Assembly (NCBI GenBank): GCA_963707655.1
Contig: OY970172.1
Span: forward strand, 160,001 to 224,000
Length of the DNA stretch: 64,000 bases
Direction: 5' to 3'
From: an uncultured bacterium
Lineage (GTDB): Bacteria > Babelota > Babeliae > Babelales > Vermiphilaceae
Every line of letters begins with the position of its first letter. The first letter of the stretch is position 1. The translations under genes were made by a program, and so were the position numbers. Shown in pieces: positions 22,742 through 31,966 of this stretch. The notes beneath the pieces are model-generated. The model was not told where the DNA came from. It worked only from the letters and a program-made list of their open reading frames with translations, and searched no databases.

Positions 22742-23190
22742 TGTGTTTTACACTAACTATCATCCACAACAAAAAAGATTGTCTTATATAACCGAAGATT
22801 ATGCGTTTAATGCGGAACCTCATGTGAGGTTTATAGATTTTGATATTGCCATTAACTATTTATGTTTAACAGTTCTGAATAAAAAAATTATAGAAGTATC
22901 AGGATTTTGCCCCTATGGAGCTTGGATAAAAACAAGTCTTAGGCACCGAATTACAAATCCGGAAGATTGGAAGTGTTAGATGATCGAGAGCCGGGCCTTA
23001 CTTATGCCTTAGACGATAAGGAATGGTCGTAAACAAATCAACAGGATGTGTGTGGGTTGGAAATCCTGAATCTGGCGGAGATGCGGTAGAATTCATGGAT
23101 AATGCAGTTGCTGTAGTGGATGATAAAGAGCTGGTCGCGCTATGGCCCACCCAGAAAAATTACCGGAATATTAAGAGTGTATGCGAAAAC
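22728..23190 (+). pseudogene. Fragmented immunity-like protein
   Basis: ORFs 22728-22979 and 23023-23217 join into one frameshifted gene (GFCPYGAW..APNYKSGRLEV..PGLTY..VNKSTGCVWVG..AVEF..AVAVV..LVALW). Confidence 0.55.
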
Positions 23191-23328
23191 TCATTACAAA
23201 TGGACTGTTTTGCATAAAAAAACTAACTAACTCACTCACCCCATAAAATCTTGCTTTTGCTGAGGCTTTTTGTGTTTACTGTAAATGTATTCAAGAAAAC
23301 AAATAACCAGAAAGGTGAGGTAATTGCA

Positions 23329-24084
23329 ATGAAGAATCTGATGACATTAATCGCTTTAGTGAGCTCTTGTGTCGCAATGAGCGATGGAGATAAGGAAGAA
23401 CAAGCTTGTAATCCGGATAGTACTAAATCTTCTCAGCCCTTTAATCGACCACGATCCACACGATTGCCGAGCTCTGCAATGCCATTAGTTAGCGGCGTTG
23501 AGCCAATCGCCGCATCTTCTTCTGAGGCTGTTGTAGGCAGGCCACGCGCCGGCGCGGTAGTTAAGCCAATGCCAGCGAGCAGTTCTGATGCGGGTAGCAG
23601 TACAAATGAGGCCACCTGGGGATACGCCTCATTTGAGGATGCAATGAGGAGTAAAAATACGTTAATGCTGCAAGTAGCTCAGCTGCTTGATCAACGCGTG
23701 AATATGAATGCAAGTGAGCCAAAAACCCGGACAGCACGGATAGAAGAACAAAAAGGGTTATTGAAGTTATGGATCCCGGTAATGACGGGCATGAAAACAT
23801 TATTACAATACTTGGAAGCACGAGCTCGCATTCGGCCTGACAATTTGATGAGAAATAAAGTGAACAAGCTTATTGAGCGAACTGAAGAGAGAATAGAGAT
23901 GCAAATTAATAATAAAGAATATGCGCTGCAAGAAAATGACAAGCTGCTCTCTGAACTTGAGGTGTGTTCGTCAAGCATACAACAAGCAATAGGCGAAAAA
24001 ATTAATGAGCTTGTTAATAAGAACCCAGAGAGTTCAGTAAAATTTCCTCCCGGAGTAAACATCTTCCCACGGGATCAGAAGTAA
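23329..24084 (+). CDS. Hypothetical secreted protein, Ser/Pro-rich N-terminus plus coiled coil
   Basis: GAGG RBS; signal MKNLMTLIALVSSCVA-MS; helical C-terminal half. Confidence 0.75.
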   Translation: MKNLMTLIALVSSCVAMSDGDKEEQACNPDSTKSSQPFNRPRSTRLPSSAMPLVSGVEPIAASSSEAVVGRPRAGAVVKPMPASSSDAGSSTNEATWGYASFEDAMRSKNTLMLQVAQLLDQRVNMNASEPKTRTARIEEQKGLLKLWIPVMTGMKTLLQYLEARARIRPDNLMRNKVNKLIERTEERIEMQINNKEYALQENDKLLSELEVCSSSIQQAIGEKINELVNKNPESSVKFPPGVNIFPRDQK

Positions 24085-24120
24085 CAGTAGTCTTGGTGTC
24101 TGAAAGTCTGATATAAAATA

Positions 24121-24149
24121 GGGGCTGGATAATTTATCCAGCCCTTTTC
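24121..24149 (+). terminator. Intrinsic terminator
   Basis: GGGCTGGATAA-T-TTATCCAGCCC then TTTT. Confidence 0.8.
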
Positions 24150-24293
24150 TTTGTATGGCGACATAAAAAAACAAGATTACAAAAAATCGACATAGGGTTT
24201 TTCGCGCATGCTTTCTGAAAACGTTTTTTAAAGTTGTTCTTCACAAAAGCTGATATTTCTTCTATCTTAGAGATGTGCAATTAATGCACGGTG

Positions 24294-24370
24294 GGGCCCA
24301 TAGCTCAGTTGGTTAGAGCAATCGGCTCATAACCGAGAGGTCCCAGGTTCAAGTCCTGGTGGGCCCACCA
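24294..24370 (+). tRNA. tRNA with CAT anticodon, likely tRNA-Ile2 (lysidine)
   Basis: GGGCCCA/TGGGCCC acceptor stem, CGG-CTCATAA-CCG anticodon arm, GTTCAAGTC T-loop, CCA end; resembles Ile2 rather than Met. Confidence 0.9.
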
Positions 24371-24434
24371 ACCATTCAAAGGTTCCTGTTTTGGCAAATA
24401 CATCGGTGAACACCTTTTATAAAAGGGACGTCTA

Positions 24435-25160
24435 ATGAACCGTGATCCTTTCCAATCATTTATAGATCTTATCCAGTTTGATCAGCAGATTTACTCATTA
24501 AAACAACAAATAGAACAAAGCAATAGCACTCTTGATAAAATTGATCAGGAAGAGCAGCTTTTAGCCGGGAACGTAACGCAGGCTCAACAACGCGGGAACC
24601 AGGCAAAAAAAACCGTTGATGAGCGTGAGCTTGAAATGAAGCTGCTTGAAGAGCAGGAGCGTACTAAAAAGAATCAACTCGATAACCTTAAAAATCCTAA
24701 AGATTATTTTTCCCTCAATGCCGATCTTGAGCATATTAAAAAAAAGCAGCATGCTCTGGAAGATGAGATTATTCAGGCATGGCACACTCTTGAACAGGCC
24801 AAGCGCGCTCTTGATCAGATTAAAAAAGAGGTGGAAGACAAAAGGCAGCAGCTTGAAGGATCAAAAAACCAGCAAAAAGCTTTGCGTGAGCAATCTCTAG
24901 AGCAATTAAAACGCATAGAAGATTCACGACCCGAAAAACTTGTAGGCATTCCCGATGAATGGCTCGAAAAATATAGCGCGATGCGCGAACGCATTCCCGA
25001 TCCGGTAGTGCCGGTTCAATCGGGTAGTTGCAGCGCCTGTTTTCATAGTCTAGTGGCGCGGGATATACAATTATTGAATAAACGCGCATTGTTGCAATGC
25101 AGGGGCTGTTTCCGGTTCCTCTATATTCCCGGCACTGTTGATGTTGAGCAGGGCGCATAA
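24435..25160 (+). CDS. Coiled-coil protein with C4 zinc ribbon (DUF164 / CT398-HP0958-like)
   Basis: LIQFD..long coiled coil..Y..MR..VVPV..GSCSAC..CRGCFRFLY. Confidence 0.88.
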   Translation: MNRDPFQSFIDLIQFDQQIYSLKQQIEQSNSTLDKIDQEEQLLAGNVTQAQQRGNQAKKTVDERELEMKLLEEQERTKKNQLDNLKNPKDYFSLNADLEHIKKKQHALEDEIIQAWHTLEQAKRALDQIKKEVEDKRQQLEGSKNQQKALREQSLEQLKRIEDSRPEKLVGIPDEWLEKYSAMRERIPDPVVPVQSGSCSACFHSLVARDIQLLNKRALLQCRGCFRFLYIPGTVDVEQGA

Positions 25161-25162
25161 CA

Positions 25163-25681
25163 ATGAAGCAGCTATTCTTATTTGATGATCTTGATAATAC
25201 GCAAGAATCATCAGTCAAAAAAAAATCAATTCTTTGGCAACTATATGTTGATGGTGCATCACGCAATAACCCAGGGCCCTCCGGCGCCGGCCTTTGTATT
25301 TTTAAAGATGGGGAAGTGGCAGAAAAGCATGGTTTTTACTTGGGAAAACGCACCAATAATCAGGCAGAATATTTGGCATTGCTTTTGGGCATATTCTTTT
25401 TGAAAAAGCAGATATCTGGCGGTGATTTTGTTGAGATTGTCTCTGATTCTCAGTTGTTGGTTCGGCAATTGCTGGGTGCATACCGGGTAAAAAACAGTGA
25501 ATTGCAGCCATTACATACACTGGCAAAACAAATGCTCGCTTCTGTTACCCACAAAGTGATTCATGTGTTGAGACACAAAAACACTCTCGCAGATGAATTG
25601 GCGAATAAAGGTATTGATGAAAAAATAGGGGTCCCTGATGAATTTAAAAAAATGCTTTTTAATCATCACATTATGTTCTAA
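25163..25681 (+). CDS. rnhA: Ribonuclease HI family protein
   Basis: YVDGASRNNPGPSGAG, TNNQAEYLA, SDSQLLVRQ, N..ADELAN. Confidence 0.9.
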   Translation: MKQLFLFDDLDNTQESSVKKKSILWQLYVDGASRNNPGPSGAGLCIFKDGEVAEKHGFYLGKRTNNQAEYLALLLGIFFLKKQISGGDFVEIVSDSQLLVRQLLGAYRVKNSELQPLHTLAKQMLASVTHKVIHVLRHKNTLADELANKGIDEKIGVPDEFKKMLFNHHIMF

Positions 25682-26810
25682 TTTTATTTGCTCTGCTACG
25701 CCTGCCGAGGTTCTTCAGCCGGCTTGCGCGCTTCCCGGTCCGCAGAAATCTTTGCGCATCAAAGTATTGCTCGATGAGCAGGTGCTTGATGAAAAACGAG
25801 AATGGCAGATTGGATCAGAACATGATGTTACTATTGCAGATCCTGATACACTCGGAAAAAAAATTAATATACATACGCGTAACCTTGCCGTGCGGGTGCA
25901 TGAAGGCTCTTTCTTTTTAGACAAACACCGTATCAAAATGAAAAAGGTTTTGATTGCTCCTTCTCAGGGGCATCTTTCATTTCAAGGGAAAACATATCCG
26001 GGAGCATTGTTGTTAGTGCTGCAGGATAATAAACAATATGCGATAAATGTCGTTGATCTTGAAGAGTATGTTTATTGTGTTTTGAAAACTGAAAGTTGGC
26101 CCGGCTGGCCCTTGGAAGTGAATAAAGTTTTTGCGATTGCCTGCCGCAGCTATGCCCTGGCAATGATGACGCGGTCAGCTAAACTCAAAGTTTCTTTGCC
26201 TTATCATATTAAAAATAGTAATAGTCACCAGACGTATACCGGCATTCACATCAATCCGCTGCTACGACAGGCAGTCGATCAAACGGCCGGCGTTTTTTTG
26301 GCTTATGATAAGCAACCGATTATTGCTATGTTTGATTGCTGCTGTGGTGGTATTGTTCCGGCACGCATTGCGGGATTTGATTTTAAAAAAGCACCTTATT
26401 TATCGCGTGATTATCCCTGCACTTTTTGTAAATCATGTAAAATATATTCGTGGAAAGCAGAATTTGCTATGCAAGATCTGGAACGTTTTTTACAGAGCGA
26501 GCAGCGGCTGAGAGAATTGAGAGTGGTGAAAAACGATAAAGCCGGATTAGTTGAAGAGATTGTTTTGCGGAGCGGAAGAAAATCGAGTACAATTTCAGGA
26601 AAAAAACTCTATTCCTTATTGGATGAAGTGAAAAGTTATTGTTTTACTATTCGCAGAAGAGGATCCAAGTTAACTATTAGTGGCCGCGGCTACGGGCATC
26701 ACATGGGGTTGTGTCAGTGGGGCGCGCGTCAAATGGTGAGTGATGGATGGGATTATCAAAGTATTTTACAATTTTATTATCCAGGCACAAAACGTATGAA
26801 ATTGGCTTAG
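25638..26810 (+). CDS. SpoIID/LytB domain lytic transglycosylase
   Basis: INVVDLEEY, AIACRSYA, HQTYTG, GRGYGHHMGLCQWGA, IL.FYYPG. Confidence 0.92.
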   Translation: MNLKKCFLIITLCSNFICSATPAEVLQPACALPGPQKSLRIKVLLDEQVLDEKREWQIGSEHDVTIADPDTLGKKINIHTRNLAVRVHEGSFFLDKHRIKMKKVLIAPSQGHLSFQGKTYPGALLLVLQDNKQYAINVVDLEEYVYCVLKTESWPGWPLEVNKVFAIACRSYALAMMTRSAKLKVSLPYHIKNSNSHQTYTGIHINPLLRQAVDQTAGVFLAYDKQPIIAMFDCCCGGIVPARIAGFDFKKAPYLSRDYPCTFCKSCKIYSWKAEFAMQDLERFLQSEQRLRELRVVKNDKAGLVEEIVLRSGRKSSTISGKKLYSLLDEVKSYCFTIRRRGSKLTISGRGYGHHMGLCQWGARQMVSDGWDYQSILQFYYPGTKRMKLA

Positions 26811-26833
26811 CCTTCTCAAGAAAAGGTTTTTAT

Positions 26834-27169
26834 ATGAAAACAATCAATATATTTTTTTTGATATTGTTAGGAAGTGTGCAATATGCTCAGGCTATGGAGC
26901 GTGAGCAAGAAATATCTTGCAGGAAAAGTTTTTCTCCTGAAACTATCGAAGCGCTCAAAACTCTTTCTGATGGGTATTGGTATTTAATGCGATTTCCTAC
27001 GACTGAAAATCGAGAGAAAGCTTGTGAAAACGCTGCTGAAGACATTGGCGATCCTGATGATGGGATTTTATATTATTGGGTGAATAATAGATTAGACATG
27101 CAAAATGTGCGGCCGGAAGAAATATCTCCGCATGCTGTTTGTCGGTATTTTGGTAAAAAAAGAAAATAA
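26834..27169 (+). CDS. Hypothetical secreted protein (YWVNNR family, copy 1)
   Basis: Signal MKTINIFFLILLGSVQYAQA-ME. Confidence 0.75.
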   Translation: MKTINIFFLILLGSVQYAQAMEREQEISCRKSFSPETIEALKTLSDGYWYLMRFPTTENREKACENAAEDIGDPDDGILYYWVNNRLDMQNVRPEEISPHAVCRYFGKKRK

Positions 27170-27199
27170 AAAACATGTCAAATTACAAAGGGTAGATGT

Positions 27200-27574
27200 A
27201 TGAAGTATTATGTTTTCTTAGTGTTGCTTTGCGCAACCGCTCCATCTCTTCACGCGATGGATCATTGTGATGCACCAAAAATTCTTAATAAGAATAGACT
27301 CAATCAAAACCTCCGAGCGTTTATAGAGCGACTTCCTAATGGGGAAATTCATTGGGTAACGTTACAGATGTATGATAATGATGGCAACCCCACGAAAAAA
27401 GACCGATCTAATTTTATGTATAAAACCTATTGGGTGAATAATCGATTTCAAATTCGACACATCGATGCTGATCAATTCATCTATGACGATGAAGAAATAG
27501 GGCATGATAGAATCCACACAAATGGCATAGTTGTTAGAATTGATAGTGATGATGATCTTGGTATGAGAGAGTAA
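27200..27574 (+). CDS. Hypothetical secreted protein (YWVNNR family, copy 2)
   Basis: Signal MKYYVFLVLLCATAPSLHA-MD. Confidence 0.75.
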   Translation: MKYYVFLVLLCATAPSLHAMDHCDAPKILNKNRLNQNLRAFIERLPNGEIHWVTLQMYDNDGNPTKKDRSNFMYKTYWVNNRFQIRHIDADQFIYDDEEIGHDRIHTNGIVVRIDSDDDLGMRE

Positions 27575-27602
27575 TAAAAAATTTAGGATAAAATAACACA
27601 CT

Positions 27603-28067
27603 ATGTCTAATTACAAAGGCCACCTTGCAGGCGGCCTATTCTTCTATCTGATTACTTTGTACGGTATCGCATCATATTATGTATGCCCCGCTCTGCCTAC
27701 GGCAATTGAATGGCTTTTATTTGCATTGGCCGGTTCATTGTTTCCTGATGTAGATATAAAAAGCAAAGGACAGAATTATTTTTATTGGCTTATTTTTGCT
27801 CTTTTGCTCTTTTTATTTTTCATGAAACGTTTCACATTAATGGCGATAGTCGGAGTAATAGCAGTGATCCCGCAACTGGTGCGGCATCGTGGTATTTTTC
27901 ATCGTCTTTGGTTTGTTATTCTTCTGCCGATTTTTTTGGCCATGGCACTCTGTTTATATATACCCAGCTGTAAGACCATTATCTTTTTTGATGCGCTCTT
28001 TTTTGTTGTTGGTGCATTGTCCCACTTATGGCTTGATCTGGGGTTGCGACGCATGCTTCGTGGCTAA
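27603..28067 (+). CDS. Membrane-bound metal-dependent hydrolase (YdjM-like)
   Basis: YKGH, GSLFPDVD, RHRGIFH, SHLWLD. Confidence 0.85.
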   Translation: MSNYKGHLAGGLFFYLITLYGIASYYVCPALPTAIEWLLFALAGSLFPDVDIKSKGQNYFYWLIFALLLFLFFMKRFTLMAIVGVIAVIPQLVRHRGIFHRLWFVILLPIFLAMALCLYIPSCKTIIFFDALFFVVGALSHLWLDLGLRRMLRG

Positions 28068-28127
28068 TTTATATTGATTCTGCTACTATGATCTATACCA
28101 TTGTTACCATTATTTTCAGGAGTGTTC

Positions 28128-29549
28128 GTGATTACTTGGATGTTGGCTGCTTTTTGCGTATATATCATTATTTTGTTAGTTATCGGCTTGTTTGCCTCCC
28201 GCTCGCAAGACACAGCAGCTCGCGAATCAAACTTTATTAGCGGTCAGCGCTCTATCAACTGGTGGGTCACGGCAATATCGGCACATGCTGCAGATATGAG
28301 TAGTTGGCTTTTTATGGGGTTGCCGGCAGCTATCTATATGCATGGCATGGTTGATGTCTGGGTTGCCATAGGACTGGTCATTGGTATGTTTATGTCATGG
28401 CATTATGTTGCGCCCGCATTGCGTCGTGCCGCAGCCCATTATGAATCGCCTACATTGACCTCCTACTTTGATAGTAAATACAAAGATCGTTCCGGCGCTA
28501 TAAGCATTTTGAGTGCCTGCATCATGACATTTTTTTTTATCATATATTTAGCAGCAGGGATAAAAGGGGTGGGGGATTTATTAAGTTCCACGTTTGATTT
28601 GTCAGGATCGCTTGGTGGCTTGGTAACATTGGTGGTGATTCTTATTTACACCTTTATGGGGGGCTTTGTTGCGGCCGCGTGGGTTGATTTTTTTCAAGGG
28701 GTGTTTCTGCTTGCTTCGATCTTGATTACCGCTTTGCTTGGCTATTACCATGTCGGCGGTTATCATGCAATTGTTGACGCAGCAATGGCTAAAGGGGTTT
28801 CGCTCTCTCTCTTGCCAAAACCGGCGGCTTTTATTGAAATTCTTTTAGGACCGATTGCATGGGGGTTGGGCTATTTTGGGATGCCCCATATTTTATCAAA
28901 ATTTATGGCGGCGCGTGATGTTAAGGAAATGTATAAATCCAAATATATTGGCATTGCTTGGCAAATTTTGGCTTTATCAGGAGCGCTTTTGTCTGGCTTG
29001 GTTGGTATTGCTTTTTTTACCTCTTTGGCCAATCCAGAGCTCCTTTTTATTACTATGACAATGCAGCTCTTGCCAAGTTTTATAGCGGGCTTCATTTTAT
29101 GTGGCATTCTTTCTGCAACTCTTTCTACCATGAATGCGCAAATGTTGGTATTGGGCGGTATCGTATCGCATGATTTATACAAAAAATTTTATCACATGCG
29201 TGCCACGTCGCATGAACTTATTTGGGTTTTTCGTATTACTATTTTATTTGTTTCAGCAGTAGCATTTGCTGTTGCTTGGTCAGGCAACAGCTCTATTTTT
29301 GATTTAGTGCAATTAGCGTGGGGCGGGTTAGGAGCATCATTTGGTCCCCTTACGCTGCTTTCATTGCATACCAATACCATTAATCGCCACGGTGCTTTTT
29401 GGGGTATTTTTGCTGGCGGTATTACATCAATTGGATGGCGACTTTCAGGATTTACCTTATGCGGCTATGCGATAAATGAAGTGTTGCCCGGATTTTTACT
29501 TGGGGCCGCGGTTATTATTCTTGTATCAAAAATTACTGCGAAAAAGTAA
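28128..29549 (+). CDS. putP: Sodium/proline symporter
   Basis: AISAHAADMSSWLFMGLP, WGLGYFGMPHIL, AWGGLGASFGP. Confidence 0.9.
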   Translation: MITWMLAAFCVYIIILLVIGLFASRSQDTAARESNFISGQRSINWWVTAISAHAADMSSWLFMGLPAAIYMHGMVDVWVAIGLVIGMFMSWHYVAPALRRAAAHYESPTLTSYFDSKYKDRSGAISILSACIMTFFFIIYLAAGIKGVGDLLSSTFDLSGSLGGLVTLVVILIYTFMGGFVAAAWVDFFQGVFLLASILITALLGYYHVGGYHAIVDAAMAKGVSLSLLPKPAAFIEILLGPIAWGLGYFGMPHILSKFMAARDVKEMYKSKYIGIAWQILALSGALLSGLVGIAFFTSLANPELLFITMTMQLLPSFIAGFILCGILSATLSTMNAQMLVLGGIVSHDLYKKFYHMRATSHELIWVFRITILFVSAVAFAVAWSGNSSIFDLVQLAWGGLGASFGPLTLLSLHTNTINRHGAFWGIFAGGITSIGWRLSGFTLCGYAINEVLPGFLLGAAVIILVSKITAKK

Positions 29550-30368
29550 TTTATTTTTATCCAATCCGCAAAGATGCAAAGCATTTTCCGTTGTTTTTTT
29601 GGCAATTGCTTCAAGCGATTCTTGTCGAAGATGAGCAATATATTCAGCAATGTTTTTTATATATTCTGGATGATTTTGTTTGCCGCGCATTGATTGAATT
29701 GGCAGAAACGGGGCATCAGTTTCGAGCACTATTTTTTCAAGCGGTGTGTTAACTACAATATCGCGCAAGCTGCTGTTTTTTGGATAGGTGATGGTGCCGC
29801 CAATGCCTAAATAAAAATTCCATTCAATTACGGTGTTTGCGAATGTTTGGTCTTCAGAAAAACAATGAATAACACCGCGCGTAATTTGTCCTTTAAATTC
29901 TTCCAGCGAGCGCAATGTTTCATCGTAGGCATCGCGTGTGTGAACCAAAAGAGCAAGATTGTTTTCCAATGCGAGTTCAATCTGAGCCTTGAAGGCATCT
30001 TTTTGTCGTTGCAAATTATAATCGGGATAATGCATGTCCATACCACATTCACCAATGGCAACAATTTTATTTGTTTGTTTATTTTTTACGTCCTGTTTTA
30101 TTGCTTGAAAATCATCGCGCCAATGTGCGGTTGTATCATTGGGGTGAATGCCGACGGCAGCGTATACATGTGGCGATTGTTTTGCAATCTCTATGCAATT
30201 TTTACTTTCAACGAGTGATGTTCCTACATTAATAATTAAAGCGACATCATTATTGGTTGCTTGTTGTATTATGTTTTGTATGTTTGCTTCCAGTGCTTTT
30301 TCCAACGGTATATCAAATTCTTTTTTAACCATCATGTTGATGTGGCAATGTGTGTCGACCAAGAGCAT
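29526..30368 (-). CDS. tatD: TatD family DNase
   Basis: DTHCH, VGIHP, IGECGMD, HTRDA, HCFS, ETDAPFL. Confidence 0.95.
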   Translation of the reverse strand: MLLVDTHCHINMMVKKEFDIPLEKALEANIQNIIQQATNNDVALIINVGTSLVESKNCIEIAKQSPHVYAAVGIHPNDTTAHWRDDFQAIKQDVKNKQTNKIVAIGECGMDMHYPDYNLQRQKDAFKAQIELALENNLALLVHTRDAYDETLRSLEEFKGQITRGVIHCFSEDQTFANTVIEWNFYLGIGGTITYPKNSSLRDIVVNTPLEKIVLETDAPFLPIQSMRGKQNHPEYIKNIAEYIAHLRQESLEAIAKKTTENALHLCGLDKNKLLFRSNF

Positions 30369-30455
30369 ATTTATTCCTTATGTAACGTTTTTTTTGTTTG
30401 TTAATAGTATCACGTTAATCATTCTTAATCGTATAGTAAATTTTTCATTCGTAAT

Positions 30456-30483
30456 TTGACAAACGAATAAATACAACTACTCT
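30456..30483 (+). promoter_or_regulatory. Putative sigma70 promoter for HU gene
   Basis: TTGACA-16 nt-TACTCT about 90 nt upstream of the ATG. Confidence 0.4.
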
Positions 30484-30572
30484 AAGTTACAGGAATTGTA
30501 AAGAAAAAAGAGTAGTGGGAATGAAGAAGCAGTGTTTCAATTAATGTTCAACCATATCATGAGGAGCTAATC

Positions 30573-30860
30573 ATGAATAAAAGTGAATTGATCAATTCGC
30601 TCAGTGAGGAAACGACATTCAGCAAAAAAGATGTTTGCCGTATTGTCGAGTCATTAACTCGTATTATTGAACGTACTCTTAAAAAGGGTGAGAAAGTTTC
30701 GATTACCGGGTTCGGTAGTTTCTGGCTTTCTCGTCGTCCAGCACGTAAAGGAATCAATCCTGCAACAAAGCAGCGTATTGATCTTCCAGAAGTTAACGTT
30801 CCTCGCTTTAAAGCAGGAAAAAACTTACGTGAAGTAGTAAGAGCAGTTAAAATTGGTTAA
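30573..30860 (+). CDS. hup: HU family DNA-binding protein
   Basis: MNKSELI, GFGSF, RPARKGINPAT, PRFKAGKNL. Confidence 0.95.
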   Translation: MNKSELINSLSEETTFSKKDVCRIVESLTRIIERTLKKGEKVSITGFGSFWLSRRPARKGINPATKQRIDLPEVNVPRFKAGKNLREVVRAVKIG

Positions 30861-30897
30861 TTGAAACCTTATTTTAAAAATTGCTTTTTATCCATGC

Positions 30898-30923
30898 AAA
30901 AGGCCGCGCAAGCGGCCTTTTTT
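30898..30923. terminator. Bidirectional terminator
   Basis: AAAAGGCCGC-GCAA-GCGGCCTTTTTT. Confidence 0.9.
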
Positions 30924-30970
30924 GTTGTCATTAATTTTTGAGAATCAAGTGTGGTGGATAATGAAATGTA

Positions 30971-31756
30971 TTATACGGGTTGAGCGCTGTTCGCTGTAGA
31001 TGTCGATGCAGCGGGCTCCGTAGTAGACTTCGATTTCTTTAGAAGTGTCGATTTTTTTGTTGTTAAATTTTCTTTTTTATTTTTCTGTATCAGAGCAACG
31101 AGGCTGTGTGCCGTTGTATCCAAAGCGGCATTTTCTTGTTGGTTTGGCGACTGAAGTTCGGCCCTTGCTCTTGTAGTCAGCTCTAATATATCTTCTGTTG
31201 TTAAATCATTCCCCATTGCCACGGCAGTAATGTCTGCGTAGCGTTTTTCTTTATAAGCAGCATCTCGTGCGGGGTTGTTTATTGCATTTAATAATGCAAT
31301 GTTTGCCGTGTGGCGAAGAAGTATAGAGCTCGTCTTTTGTTGTTGTTGCTGCAAAGAATCAATGTGTTGAAAAGCAACAGCCATGCCATTAACAATTTCT
31401 ATCATTGTCTCATTTTGTTGTCTCGATTTATCTTCGGCTTCTTGCACCATCTCTTGGACTTTTCCTATGTGATCGCACACTGCGTTGTGCATGTCTGTGA
31501 ACTCTTTTTTGCTAACAAAATCGTCGCCAGAGAGTTGAGTAGCGATTGGCGCGAGTTGCGATTCGACTCGTTTAGAAGTTTTTTTGCTACTTGCCCATAC
31601 AACTATTCCTGCTCCCACGGCGCCACCGACGAGTGCCTGAAAGAAGGTGGTGTATTTGGTTACCCACGCAGGCAGCTGCACAGCCGCTGTTTTTTGAGGG
31701 GTAGCTACTAAGAGCAACGCAGCGCACATGCGGATTAGCTTTCTATTATTCATCAT
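30971..31756 (-). CDS. Hypothetical exported protein with TM helix and coiled coil
   Basis: Signal peptide, Gly-rich hydrophobic helix ALVGGAVGAGIVVWA, Gln-rich coiled coil. Confidence 0.7.
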   Translation of the reverse strand: MMNNRKLIRMCAALLLVATPQKTAAVQLPAWVTKYTTFFQALVGGAVGAGIVVWASSKKTSKRVESQLAPIATQLSGDDFVSKKEFTDMHNAVCDHIGKVQEMVQEAEDKSRQQNETMIEIVNGMAVAFQHIDSLQQQQQKTSSILLRHTANIALLNAINNPARDAAYKEKRYADITAVAMGNDLTTEDILELTTRARAELQSPNQQENAALDTTAHSLVALIQKNKKENLTTKKSTLLKKSKSTTEPAASTSTANSAQPV

Positions 31757-31966
31757 AAAGAGACCTTCTATCAATTGAAATTTAATGTAGTTTGAAATAA
31801 TTTTACTGCAAGAATTGATAAAAAGCAAAAAATGTTTCTTCTCAGATGGTATGTTAACTTTAAAGAGTAAATGCGATGATGTATTGATTCTTTTCAAGCC
31901 GTTGCTTTTCTATTACAATAACATGAGTATGAAAGATAGCTTTTTGACCCCTCATTGGGATACCAT

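Noticed and set aside
23497..23592. Internal repeat VEPIAASSSEA / VKPMPASSSDA
   Set aside because: Two degenerate copies in a low-complexity linker; not a DNA-level array
31851..31866. GTTAAC..TTTAAAG echo of the HU gene end after the 30971 islet
   Set aside because: Too short and AT-rich; no codon-level alignment
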